Source of the DNA: Acidobacteriota bacterium
Lineage (GTDB): Bacteria; Acidobacteriota; UBA6911; RPQK01; JAJDTT01
NCBI GenBank assembly: GCA_965217775.1
Contig: CBDCJH010000002.1
Location: 1,216,001 to 1,280,000, forward strand
Reading direction: 5' to 3'
DNA: 64,000 nucleotides
Shown here in pieces: positions 19,856 to 29,322 of the stretch; positions within the stretch are counted from its first letter, which is position 1; every line of letters starts with the position of its first letter. The notes under the pieces were generated by a model. That model searched no databases and was not told the origin of the DNA. It saw nothing but the letters and a program-made list of their open reading frames with translations. The translations under genes and the position numbers were made by a program.

Positions 19856-22800
19856 GTGGCGTTTCCCGGTCGTTGTCCCACTGAGAGGAACGCATGGGGT
19901 GAGAGACCGGAAGACCTAACCAGGCATCTCAGCACATTTTGCGGTGCCTGGCCATTGCTCCTCCTGCTGCTGGCCGGCGCGCCCACCATCCTGCACGCAC
20001 AATCCTCGCCCTCGATATCGGTCGAGCTGTCGCCGGGTCACCATGTGCCGCCGAAGACGGCGATCACCGCCACGATTACGTTGAGCAATCTGGACATCGA
20101 CAGCTACTCCTCCGTCATCTTCCGCGCTGATCTGACCGTGTACGGCAAGGGGGAAACGAGGTGCAACGGGGACGACACCGGTAAGGACATCGAGATAACG
20201 GTGGAGGACAGCCAGGAAGTTTTCACAGCGAAAGTTTACAACGCCTGTTCCTACGATACCTATGGGAACTACACGCTCAATGCCAGGATATTCCAGGTGG
20301 ATACGTCGGCGCCCAGCGACAAGGTTGAACTCGCGGCGGCGAGCACGCGGTTCTTGATGTCCAGATTTCTTATGCCCGGAGAGGTGCCGGCGCCTCCCCC
20401 CGCTCTCGGGGTAAAGGCATGGTTGGACCCGGACCCCACAAGTTTTGTCATGTACGTCGGAGAGTGGCATGAATTTCGCGTTCGTAGTGACATTCTGCTC
20501 TACCTCAGCGACCATCTCGGCGTGGAAATGGGGGGTAGCGAACCTGAATTCTTCGTCGCCCCCGGGGAAGTTACTCCATCAAAATCCGTTGAGGAAGCCT
20601 GTCAAGGTCCCTATTTCCTTGACCCGAATTGGCGCCGCGCCATCCATCAGGCGCTCTGGATAGGTGCCTGTAAGGCCGGCGACGGAGTCATTCAGGTTCG
20701 GCATGAAACCGACGCAGTTGAGCCGCTGTACAGGTATGAGATTCGGACAGTGGCGAGGGGGGAGGACAATACGCCGGTGGTGGACGCGGTGGCCATCACC
20801 TCGAACTCGGGGGCGGACGCGACCTACGCCGCGGGTGAGACGATCCAGGTGACGGTGACGTTCAGCAAAACGGTGGCTGTGACAGGAAGTCCACGCTTGA
20901 CGCTGAATGTGGGCGGCCGCAATCGAACGGCGACCTACCGGAGTGTCACGGGGGCGGCAGTCGTGTTTGCCTACACGGTGGCCATTGGCGACAACGACAC
21001 GGACGGGGTGAGCATCGGGGCAGACAGTCTGGCGCTGAATGGAGGGTCGATCAGGGATGGCTCAGGCGACGCTGACCTGGATCATCCAGCTTTGGAGGAC
21101 GATACGCAGCACAAGGTGGACGGTATCAAACCCGTACTGGCGAGCACCGACGGGGCGGTCGCCAACGGAACGATGCTGACGCTGGCCTACAATGAGCCTC
21201 TGGATACGTCTTCGGCGCCGGAGAACGACGCCTTCACCGTGACGGGAGGGAGTGAATCGCGGACGGTCATCGGTGTCCGGCTGCGCGGGAGTTCGGTAGA
21301 GCTGACCCTGATTCCGGCGGTGGAGCACGGGGAGACGGGCCTGCGGGTGAGCTACACGGTGCCGACCGGGGCGGGAGCGACTCCGATCCAGGACTCGGCG
21401 GGCAACGACGCGGACCGGGTGAGCAACCGGTCGGTCACCAACGTCACGGGAGACACGACGGGGCCGACGGTCGAGACGGTGAGAATCACCTCGAGTGCGG
21501 GATCGGATCGGATCTACGGAGTGGAAGATCCCATCGAGGTGACTGTAACGTTCAACGAGACGGTGGTGGTGACGGGAACCCCACGGCTGATGCTGAACGT
21601 GGGCGGCCGGAGTCGAACGGCCGACTACCTGAGTGTCACGGGGGCGGCCGTGAAGTTCGAGTACAGGGTCGCCCGGGGCGACAGCGACCGGGACGGGGTG
21701 AGCATCGAGGCGGACAGCCTGTCGGGCGGTGGAGGCACGATCCGCGACGGTGCCGGGAATGACGCGCAGCTCGACCAGGCGGCGGTGGCGTCCGACTCCC
21801 GGCACAAGGTGGACGGGATTCCGCCGGCGCTGGCCACGACCGACGGGGCCGTGGTGAACGGAACGAGGCTGACGCTGGCCTACAGCGAGCCGCTGAACTC
21901 GTCCTCAAGGCCGGCGGCGAGCGCCTTCACCGTGACCGGGGGGAGTGAGGCCCGAATGGTTACTCGGGTCCAGGTGAGCGGAAACGCGGTCTTGCTGACG
22001 TTGAACCCGGCCGTAACGGACGGGGAGAGCGGCCTCCGGTTGAGTTACCAGCCGGGCGGGAACCCCATCGAGGACGTCGTGGGCAACGCCGCGGACGAGC
22101 TGAACAACCGACGGGTCACGAACCGGACGGGGGACACGACGGGACCGACGGTCGAGACGGTGAGGATCACCTCCAATGCGGGGTCGGACCGGACCTACGC
22201 GGCCGGCGAGACCATCGAAGTGACGGTGACGTTCAGCGAAACGGTGGTGGTGACGGGGACGCCGCGGTTGACGTTGAACCTGGGCGGCCGCAGCCGGACG
22301 GCCAACTACCAGGACGTCACGGGGGCCGCCGTGAGGTTCGAATACAAAGTGGTCTCCGGGGACAGCGCCGCCTACGGGGTGAGTATTGAAGCGAATCGAC
22401 TGTCCAGCGGTACGATCCGGGACGGCGCCCGGAACAACGCCGTGCGGAACCACGCGCCGGTAGCGGCCGATTCTCAACACAAGGTGGATGGGGTCAAGCC
22501 CACACTGGCGAGCAGCGACGGCGCGGTCGTGAACGGGACGACACTGACTCTGGCCTACGGCGAGCCGCTGGATTCCTCTTCGGTGCCGGCGACGGACGAC
22601 TTCACCGTGACGGGAGGGAGTGAGACGCGCACGGTCACCGGCGTCAGGGTGAGCGGAAGCGCGGTGTTCCTGACGCTGAGTTCGGCCGTCGCGGATGGAG
22701 AGAGCCGCCTCCGTTTGAACTATGAGCCCGGGTCGGATCCGATTCAGGACACCGCAGGCAACGACGCGGACCGGCGGAGCAACAAGAGCGTCACGAACCG

Positions 22801-25800
22801 GACGGGAGACACGACGGGACCGGCCGTGTCGACGGTTCGGATCATCTCGAGTGCAGGGTCGGATCGGACCTACGGCGTGGACGAAACCATCGAGGTGACG
22901 GTGACGTTCGACGAGACGCTGGTGATCACCGGAACGCCCGAACTGACGTTGAACTTGGGCGACCGGAACCGGACGGCAGAGTACCGGAGCGTCTCGAGCC
23001 GAGCGGTGAAGTTCGCCTACCGGGTGGTCACTGGGGACAACGATGAGGACGGGGTGAGCATCGGGGCGAACCGGCTGTCGCGAAGCGGCGGGACGATCCG
23101 CGACGGGGCGGGCAATGATGCCACCTTGGACCATGATGCGGTGGCGGACAGTTCGAGCCACAAGGTGGATGCGGTCACCCCGTTGTTGGCCGATACGGAT
23201 CCGGCGGTGGTCAACGGGACGACGCTGACGTTGACGTATAACGAACCCCTGAATACGTCCTCACGACCAGCGACGAGCGACTTCACTGTAGCCGGGGGGA
23301 ACGAGACCCGCACCGTGAACCGGGTTCGGGTGAGCGGGAGCACGGTGCGGCTCACGGTGAATCCAGCGGCGGAGCACGGAGAGACGGGCATCCGGGTGAG
23401 CTACGAGTCGCGATCGAATCCGATCCAGGACCGGGTGGGCAACGATGCCGAGGCCTTCAGAGACGAGTTCGTGGACAACCAGACGCCGGACACGACGGCC
23501 CCGTCGATCGTAGGGATCGAGATCAGCTCGAACCCGGGGCCGGACGAGACCTACGCGGTCGACGACATGATCTCGGTGACGGTGAGGTATAGCGAGACGG
23601 TGACGGTGGACACCATTCGCGGAACGCCGACGTTGGATCTTCTGGTGGGGACCCGGCGGAAGCGGGCCAGCGCCAGTGTCGGGTCGGACCAGCCGGCCGT
23701 GGTGTTCGTCTACACGGTGGAGAAGGGAGACGAGGACGAGGACGGATTGAGCGTCCCGCGCGGGAGCATCGCGCTCAACGGGGGGAAGATCCTGGATCTG
23801 GCGGGCAACCCGGCGGCGCGGAGCTACGAGGCGGTGGAGGCGCAGTCGGACCACAAGGTGGATGCGAGCGTGCCGGAACTGGCGGGCGTGACGGTGCATG
23901 GCTCATGGGTGGCGCTGACCTACGACGAGGCGCTGGATGAGGGCTCGACACCATCGCGGTTCGATTTCGCGGTGACGGTGGCCGGGGATGATCGAACGGT
24001 GGACCAGGTCCGGGTAAGGGGAAACAGCGTCACCTTGATGCTGGCCCCGACGGTGACGGCCGGCGAGACCGTATTGGTGAGCTATACGCCGGGGTTCAAC
24101 CCGATCCAGGACGAGGTGGGCAACGCCGTGGAGGGGTTGACCGATCGACGGGCGGACCCGCCCCTGGTGACCATCCAGGCCAAGGAGGGATCCGAGACGT
24201 TGACGGAAGGCGACACCGTGGAGTTCACCCTGACGCGGGGACCCCCGACGGAGGCCGCGCTGACGGTGAATCTGGAGGTCACGGAGACGAGATCGATGAT
24301 CGAGACCTCGGGCGGGTACGAACCGCCGGAGGAGGTGGAGTTCCGGACCGGACAGGAGACGGCGACGCTGCAGGTTTTGACCGACGATGACGACGTCGCC
24401 GAATCCACCAGCCGGGTCACCGCCCGGCTGCTGCCGGGAGACGAGTACCGGCTGGGACCCACTTCGACCCAGAGCGCCCGGGTGACGGTCCAGGACAACG
24501 AAGTCTCGGCCCCGCCGCCACCACCTCCTCCACCGCCACCGCCGCCGCCGCCACCACCACCTCCTCCTCCGCCGCCACCACCCGTGCCGGCTCCAACAGC
24601 GCCTACAGCGCCCTTGAACCTCCAGGCAGAGGCCGGGGACGGTGAAGTGACGCTCTCCTGGCAGGCCCCCGAGAGCGACGGCCGCTCTGCACTCACCGGC
24701 TACGAGGTCCGGATCGACCGGATCGGGGAGTGGACCCCCATCGGTTCCACGGACCTGAGCTATTCCGTCAGCGGACTGACCAATGGCCGGACCTACGTCT
24801 TCGAGGTCCGGGCCGTGAACGAGGTCGGCCAGAGTCCTCCCTCCAGCCCGGTCGAGGCCACGCCCATGGCCGAGGAGGTGATCTTGGAGTTCGCCCATTT
24901 CGGCAACGGGTATTCGGGCAATGACGTGCTCATCACCTCCGACCTGGTGCTGGTGAACGTGGCCGAGTCGGAGATCCGTCCCGTCGTCTATTTCTTCGAC
25001 GGGGACGGAGAACTGTTTGAGGCCGAGTCCGTGGTGGATGTCGGAGACGATCTGGAGATCCGGGAGGACGGAGGGCTGTCGCCCCGGACAGAGATCGCGT
25101 CGCTGGGCGAGCTGACGATCTCGACCCACGGCCGGGGCGAATTGGTGACGGGGTCGGTGCGGGTGGTTTCGGACGGTCCCATCGGGGGCGTGGTGCGCTT
25201 CGACATCCCCGGGATCGGGGTCGCCGGCGTCGGAGCCAGCGAACCCACCAGGGACGCCCTGTTCCCGGCCCGGCGGCAGGCGGGCGGGATCCGCACCGCG
25301 GCAGCGATCCACAACCTGGGTCCGGAAGCGGTGAACGTGCAGTGCCGGTTGCTGAAGGACGGAAGCGTGCTGGAAGAGGGGGAGATCGAACTCAGCGCCA
25401 ACGGGCAGGACGCCCAGTTCATCGAGGAGCTGTTCACCGCGACCGACACCACGGACTTCGTGGGGTCGGTGCGCTGTACGGTCCCGGCCGGTGAGTCGTT
25501 CACGGGAGTGGCGGTGGAGCTGGATGCGGGCAACCGGATCTTCACCACGCTGCCGGTGGTGCCGATCGGCCCGGAGGCTACCGAAGACCAGGGAACGACG
25601 CTCAACTTCGCGCACTTCGCCAACGGAACTTCCGGCGACGGGACCTTGATCACGTCGGACCTGGTGCTGGTGAACGTGGCGGCGTCAACGGTCCGTCCCG
25701 CCATCTACTTTTACGATCAGCGTGGGCAACTGTTGGAGCCGGAATCGATGGTGGACGTCGGAGACGACCTTCTGGTCCGAGAGGACGGCGGTCTGACGGT

Positions 25801-26293
25801 TCGAACGGCCATGGCCCGACTGGGCGAGCTGGCGATCTCGACGCATGGGAGGGAAGAGGTGGTGGCGGGATCGGTGCGAGTGGTCGCGAATGGACCCGTC
25901 GGCGGCGTCCTGCGCTTTGACATCCCGGGCGTGGGCGTGGCCGGAGTGGGAGCGAGTCAACCCACGTCGGACGCGCTGTTTCCGGCTCGCAGGCAAGAGA
26001 GAGAGGTCCGCACGGCAGCGGCGATCCGGAACCTGGAAGCAGTACGGGCGACGGTTCGCTGCCGGTTGATGAGTGGGGGCGAGGAACTGGAGGAGGTGGA
26101 CATCCCACTCAACGGCCATGGACAGTACGCCCGCTTCATCGACGAAGTGTTCACGAGGACGGATACGGCGGACTTCGCAGGGTCGGTCAGGTGCACGGCG
26201 CTCGGGAAAGGAATGTTCACCGGAGTCGCGGTGGAGCTGGACACGGGTAACCGGATCTTTACGACCTTGCCGGTGGTTCCGGTTCCAAGATGA
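19856..26293 (+). CDS. Giant secreted repeat surface protein / putative adhesin (5 Ig+SwmB-like units, Calx-beta-like, poly-Pro, FN3, duplicated C-terminal domain)
   Basis: Signal-peptide core WPLLLLLLAGAPTILHA; repeated GPTV..V.ITS.AG.D.TY...E.I.VTVTF and A.VNGT.LTL.Y.EPL.....P....FTV units; FN3 (AGDGEVTLSWQAP...GLTNGRTYVFEVRAVN). Start uncertain: ORF track 19688, in-frame GTG 19856, out-of-frame ATG 19894. Confidence 0.8.
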   Translation: MAFPGRCPTERNAWGERPEDLTRHLSTFCGAWPLLLLLLAGAPTILHAQSSPSISVELSPGHHVPPKTAITATITLSNLDIDSYSSVIFRADLTVYGKGETRCNGDDTGKDIEITVEDSQEVFTAKVYNACSYDTYGNYTLNARIFQVDTSAPSDKVELAAASTRFLMSRFLMPGEVPAPPPALGVKAWLDPDPTSFVMYVGEWHEFRVRSDILLYLSDHLGVEMGGSEPEFFVAPGEVTPSKSVEEACQGPYFLDPNWRRAIHQALWIGACKAGDGVIQVRHETDAVEPLYRYEIRTVARGEDNTPVVDAVAITSNSGADATYAAGETIQVTVTFSKTVAVTGSPRLTLNVGGRNRTATYRSVTGAAVVFAYTVAIGDNDTDGVSIGADSLALNGGSIRDGSGDADLDHPALEDDTQHKVDGIKPVLASTDGAVANGTMLTLAYNEPLDTSSAPENDAFTVTGGSESRTVIGVRLRGSSVELTLIPAVEHGETGLRVSYTVPTGAGATPIQDSAGNDADRVSNRSVTNVTGDTTGPTVETVRITSSAGSDRIYGVEDPIEVTVTFNETVVVTGTPRLMLNVGGRSRTADYLSVTGAAVKFEYRVARGDSDRDGVSIEADSLSGGGGTIRDGAGNDAQLDQAAVASDSRHKVDGIPPALATTDGAVVNGTRLTLAYSEPLNSSSRPAASAFTVTGGSEARMVTRVQVSGNAVLLTLNPAVTDGESGLRLSYQPGGNPIEDVVGNAADELNNRRVTNRTGDTTGPTVETVRITSNAGSDRTYAAGETIEVTVTFSETVVVTGTPRLTLNLGGRSRTANYQDVTGAAVRFEYKVVSGDSAAYGVSIEANRLSSGTIRDGARNNAVRNHAPVAADSQHKVDGVKPTLASSDGAVVNGTTLTLAYGEPLDSSSVPATDDFTVTGGSETRTVTGVRVSGSAVFLTLSSAVADGESRLRLNYEPGSDPIQDTAGNDADRRSNKSVTNRTGDTTGPAVSTVRIISSAGSDRTYGVDETIEVTVTFDETLVITGTPELTLNLGDRNRTAEYRSVSSRAVKFAYRVVTGDNDEDGVSIGANRLSRSGGTIRDGAGNDATLDHDAVADSSSHKVDAVTPLLADTDPAVVNGTTLTLTYNEPLNTSSRPATSDFTVAGGNETRTVNRVRVSGSTVRLTVNPAAEHGETGIRVSYESRSNPIQDRVGNDAEAFRDEFVDNQTPDTTAPSIVGIEISSNPGPDETYAVDDMISVTVRYSETVTVDTIRGTPTLDLLVGTRRKRASASVGSDQPAVVFVYTVEKGDEDEDGLSVPRGSIALNGGKILDLAGNPAARSYEAVEAQSDHKVDASVPELAGVTVHGSWVALTYDEALDEGSTPSRFDFAVTVAGDDRTVDQVRVRGNSVTLMLAPTVTAGETVLVSYTPGFNPIQDEVGNAVEGLTDRRADPPLVTIQAKEGSETLTEGDTVEFTLTRGPPTEAALTVNLEVTETRSMIETSGGYEPPEEVEFRTGQETATLQVLTDDDDVAESTSRVTARLLPGDEYRLGPTSTQSARVTVQDNEVSAPPPPPPPPPPPPPPPPPPPPPPPPVPAPTAPTAPLNLQAEAGDGEVTLSWQAPESDGRSALTGYEVRIDRIGEWTPIGSTDLSYSVSGLTNGRTYVFEVRAVNEVGQSPPSSPVEATPMAEEVILEFAHFGNGYSGNDVLITSDLVLVNVAESEIRPVVYFFDGDGELFEAESVVDVGDDLEIREDGGLSPRTEIASLGELTISTHGRGELVTGSVRVVSDGPIGGVVRFDIPGIGVAGVGASEPTRDALFPARRQAGGIRTAAAIHNLGPEAVNVQCRLLKDGSVLEEGEIELSANGQDAQFIEELFTATDTTDFVGSVRCTVPAGESFTGVAVELDAGNRIFTTLPVVPIGPEATEDQGTTLNFAHFANGTSGDGTLITSDLVLVNVAASTVRPAIYFYDQRGQLLEPESMVDVGDDLLVREDGGLTVRTAMARLGELAISTHGREEVVAGSVRVVANGPVGGVLRFDIPGVGVAGVGASQPTSDALFPARRQEREVRTAAAIRNLEAVRATVRCRLMSGGEELEEVDIPLNGHGQYARFIDEVFTRTDTADFAGSVRCTALGKGMFTGVAVELDTGNRIFTTLPVVPVPR
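20770..24160 (+). repeat. Five intragenic tandem repeats of ~680 bp (~225 aa)
   Basis: Units start near 20770, 21452, 22132, 22808 and 23488; units 2-4 share GACACGACGGG(G/A)CCG at the DNA level. Confidence 0.85.
24512..24583 (+). repeat. 24-codon poly-proline tract (CCN)24
   Basis: 72 nt of mixed CCG/CCA/CCT/CCC codons between the Calx-like and FN3 domains. Confidence 0.95.
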
Positions 26294-26514
26294 GTTCTCG
26301 ACGACAGGCAGGTTGGATCGGCATCCGTGGCCGGTCCCGGTGACGGCCCCGTCGTCGTCTTTTAGTGGCGACGCAGATGATTGCGCTCGCCGCGTCGAAA
26401 ACAGTTCTCGTCCCGAACGACCGGGTGGCCGACCATACTGCCACGTCGCAAAAAAGGACATTCTGACGGCATCCGGCTTGAGACCCTTGGCGACATCTGT
26501 TAAGACCGGGACTC

Positions 26515-27180
26515 ATGGGCACTATCCGGAATTTGGTCTTGGGTTCTTGGCCGGCAATCTTCTTCTTGTACCCGCCTGCTCTGGCAGGGGCTGTCGAAAC
26601 TATTGGGGTCGAGGTCGGTTCCGATCGACTGGAGGTTGAGGTTCCCGAGTGTCTCGAGCTCCTCTTCAACCGGATGACTCCGGTGCCGGTCCGGGTGAGC
26701 AATCGGACCGAGGAAGATATCGAGCTTTCCGTAACCACCCGTTCCGATGTCATGGGCTTGGTCCCCTTTCGGGAACGGACACCTGCGGGCAGTAGCGCGG
26801 AAGCGGGACAACTGATCCTGATCCCACTCATGGCCGGAGAGTGGGATGCGGAACTGATTCTGACCGCCGGGGACCGCTCACGGACCTGGAACCAGCGCTT
26901 CTGCGTCCTGCCGCCGGCCCGTCTGCACGCCCGGGTCCGTGATGCGGCGAATCGAGTGGTGCCCGCCCGGGTCCGGGTGACCGGCGCGGATGGACGTCAT
27001 TACGCTCCGGACGGATACGGCGCAGGCGAGTTCAGGACGGAAGGACTGTTCGAGTTGCTGGTTCCGGCAGGCGAGGCCACGGTTTCCGTCCGTCCCGCGG
27101 ACCGGGACGGACCGGCGCGCGAGACCCGAGTCGATCTTCCCGTCAACCGCACGGTATTCGTCGAGCTGCCGCTCCCATGA
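26515..27180 (+). CDS. Secreted hypothetical protein with a C-terminal carboxypeptidase-regulatory-like beta domain
   Basis: Signal-like N-terminus ending ALA; ATGA overlap with the next gene; C-terminal domain resembles an internal domain of that gene. Confidence 0.65.
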   Translation: MGTIRNLVLGSWPAIFFLYPPALAGAVETIGVEVGSDRLEVEVPECLELLFNRMTPVPVRVSNRTEEDIELSVTTRSDVMGLVPFRERTPAGSSAEAGQLILIPLMAGEWDAELILTAGDRSRTWNQRFCVLPPARLHARVRDAANRVVPARVRVTGADGRHYAPDGYGAGEFRTEGLFELLVPAGEATVSVRPADRDGPARETRVDLPVNRTVFVELPLP

Positions 27181-29318
27181 GATCCGGCATAGTTTGGATC
27201 CTGCTGATCCTGACCCCGGTTTCGCTCGGGGCGAGTGGCCGCGCGTGGAATCCCTACGGGCTGAGCGAGGACGAGGTGGATGCCTTGCGGGTCCGGCATC
27301 CGGCCCTGCGGGAATTCTCCGAGTTCTTTACGGCGCTTCTTCGCCACCAGGATGCGCCGCGGGACGAGAACTTCGCCGTCTATCGCCCCATCCGGCGTCT
27401 GGCCATGAGGAGACGCGCGGTTCGGGGAGCTTGGTCTCCCGATTCGCAGGACGGGATCCAAGGTCAGGTCAGCCAGGCGCTCTGGAACTTGGCTTCACCG
27501 GAATTGGCCAGAATCGATCTGAACCCGGACGTCCAACTGACGCCTCCGGCCCAGGTATCCGTCTTCACCGAAGGCTTGGAGAACCGGGTCCTGCTCCTGC
27601 TTCGCAACAACCGACGGAAACCGGTAGCTTTGAGGCTGACTCCCGCCGGCGGATCGCTTCATTTTCCTCCTCGTGAGGTGTCACTGGCTCCGGGACAGGT
27701 GACGGGATTGCAGCTTCGGGTCTGGGGAGAGGGCGCCGATTCGCTGGGCTTGCGGCTGACCGTCGAGAAGAAGCCGATGGTCCTTGCGTTGCCGGTTCGG
27801 TGGCGCAAGGCAGCCCGGTTGGAGTTGACGGTCAAGACGCAGGATCGTGAATCATTCCGGCCCGCCCGGGTCTATGTGGTGGGGTCGGATCGGCTGGCAC
27901 GGGGGCCTGCCGGGACCTTTCTGCGGAGCACGTGGACGGAAGGGCACCACTATTTCCATACCCGGGGAGCCAGCTCTCTGGTTCTGCCCTCGGGACCGGC
28001 TCGCATACTGGTGGTGCATGGGTTCGAGCACGCTCCCGTGACCCTGAACCTGAATTTGGAACCGGGAGGCAATGAGGTGGAGGTCATCCCTCGACCGGGG
28101 TTCGATTGCGCCTCTCGAGGATGGTATTCGGGAGACATCCATATTCACCTGAACCTGGTCCACAAGACCCTGGATCAACTGGTTTTGACTCAAGACGCAC
28201 TCCTCCAGGCCGAGGCCGAGGACCTGGACGTCTCCAATCTGCTGGTGTGCAACTCGCTGGGCTCCATCACCTTCGATCGCAACCGCTTCACCGGATCGCT
28301 CCATCCTCTATCGACGGTGGAGCGGGTTCTGTATTGGAACGAGGAGGTCCGGGCCTCCCTCTACGGTCATCTGGCCGCGCTCAACCTCAAGGAGTTCCTG
28401 GAGCCCAACTTCACCGGGTTCCGCAACACCGACCACGCGTTCGACTACCCTTCCAACACCATTCAGGCCCGGAAGGGGAGGGAACAGGGGGCCGGGATCT
28501 TCTACGTCCACCCGGTCCACAATCCGGACGCCAACGAACTGGCCGGGTCCAGCGCCAAGGCGGTTCCCGTGGACGCGGCTCTGGGCCTCGTCGACGGACT
28601 GGAAATCCTGGGTTACGGACACCCTGCCGCCTCCTTGCGCCTCTATTACCGGCTGTTGAACTGTGGTTTCCGGTTGGCCGCCGCGGCGGGCACCGACGCC
28701 TTCAACAACATCCGGCGCCACAAGGTCATCGGCGGCGACCGCGTCTACGTGTACACCGGAGAGGCCTTCAACTACGACTCCTGGGTCCAGGGGCTCAAAG
28801 CGGGTCGGAGCTTCGTCACCAACGGGCCTCTCCTGTTCTTCGAAGTGGACGGCCGGTTGCCGGGATCGGAACTGGACCTGGAAGAACCGGGCCGGGTTCG
28901 GGTTCGGGTGGAGGCCTATTCCCATGCTCCCATGGATCGACTCGACCTGGTCTTCAACGGGAAGCCGCTACACACGGTGAAGGCTTCGGGAAACGGAACC
29001 CATCTGCTCTATCGGGGCTCGCTTCCCATCACCGAAAGCGGATGGCTGGCCGCGCGGATCCAGGGCGGTCCTCACCGTCTGGTCGTCAACAACACGGACC
29101 TTTTCGCACATACGACGCCCGTGTACCTGACTGTGGGCGGTAAGCCGTATGCGGATCCGGATTCCGTTACCCACTTTCTGCGCTGGATCGGGGATCTGCG
29201 GCAACGGCTGCTGACCGAGGGCCTGTTCCAGGAACCGATTCAGAAGCGGCAGGTGCTGGAGCAATTCCGGATGGCTGAAGCCGTCTACCGGCAGAAGCTG
29301 GATTCCGTCGAGAAATAG
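27177..29318 (+). CDS. CehA/McbA-family metallohydrolase (PHP-like), secreted
   Basis: WYSGDIHIH, NEE....YGH, YVHP, LLNCGFRLAAAAGTD, GRSFVTNGPLL, FAHTTPVY. Confidence 0.85.
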   Translation: MRSGIVWILLILTPVSLGASGRAWNPYGLSEDEVDALRVRHPALREFSEFFTALLRHQDAPRDENFAVYRPIRRLAMRRRAVRGAWSPDSQDGIQGQVSQALWNLASPELARIDLNPDVQLTPPAQVSVFTEGLENRVLLLLRNNRRKPVALRLTPAGGSLHFPPREVSLAPGQVTGLQLRVWGEGADSLGLRLTVEKKPMVLALPVRWRKAARLELTVKTQDRESFRPARVYVVGSDRLARGPAGTFLRSTWTEGHHYFHTRGASSLVLPSGPARILVVHGFEHAPVTLNLNLEPGGNEVEVIPRPGFDCASRGWYSGDIHIHLNLVHKTLDQLVLTQDALLQAEAEDLDVSNLLVCNSLGSITFDRNRFTGSLHPLSTVERVLYWNEEVRASLYGHLAALNLKEFLEPNFTGFRNTDHAFDYPSNTIQARKGREQGAGIFYVHPVHNPDANELAGSSAKAVPVDAALGLVDGLEILGYGHPAASLRLYYRLLNCGFRLAAAAGTDAFNNIRRHKVIGGDRVYVYTGEAFNYDSWVQGLKAGRSFVTNGPLLFFEVDGRLPGSELDLEEPGRVRVRVEAYSHAPMDRLDLVFNGKPLHTVKASGNGTHLLYRGSLPITESGWLAARIQGGPHRLVVNNTDLFAHTTPVYLTVGGKPYADPDSVTHFLRWIGDLRQRLLTEGLFQEPIQKRQVLEQFRMAEAVYRQKLDSVEK

Positions 29319-29322
29319 GGGA

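Noticed and set aside
20770-24160. CRISPR array or DGR-type repeats
   Set aside because: The repeats are ~680-bp in-frame coding units without spacers; no cas or reverse transcriptase gene in the window.
24082-24696. Poly-glycine ORF on the minus strand
   Set aside because: It is the reverse complement of the poly-Pro tract of the giant gene.
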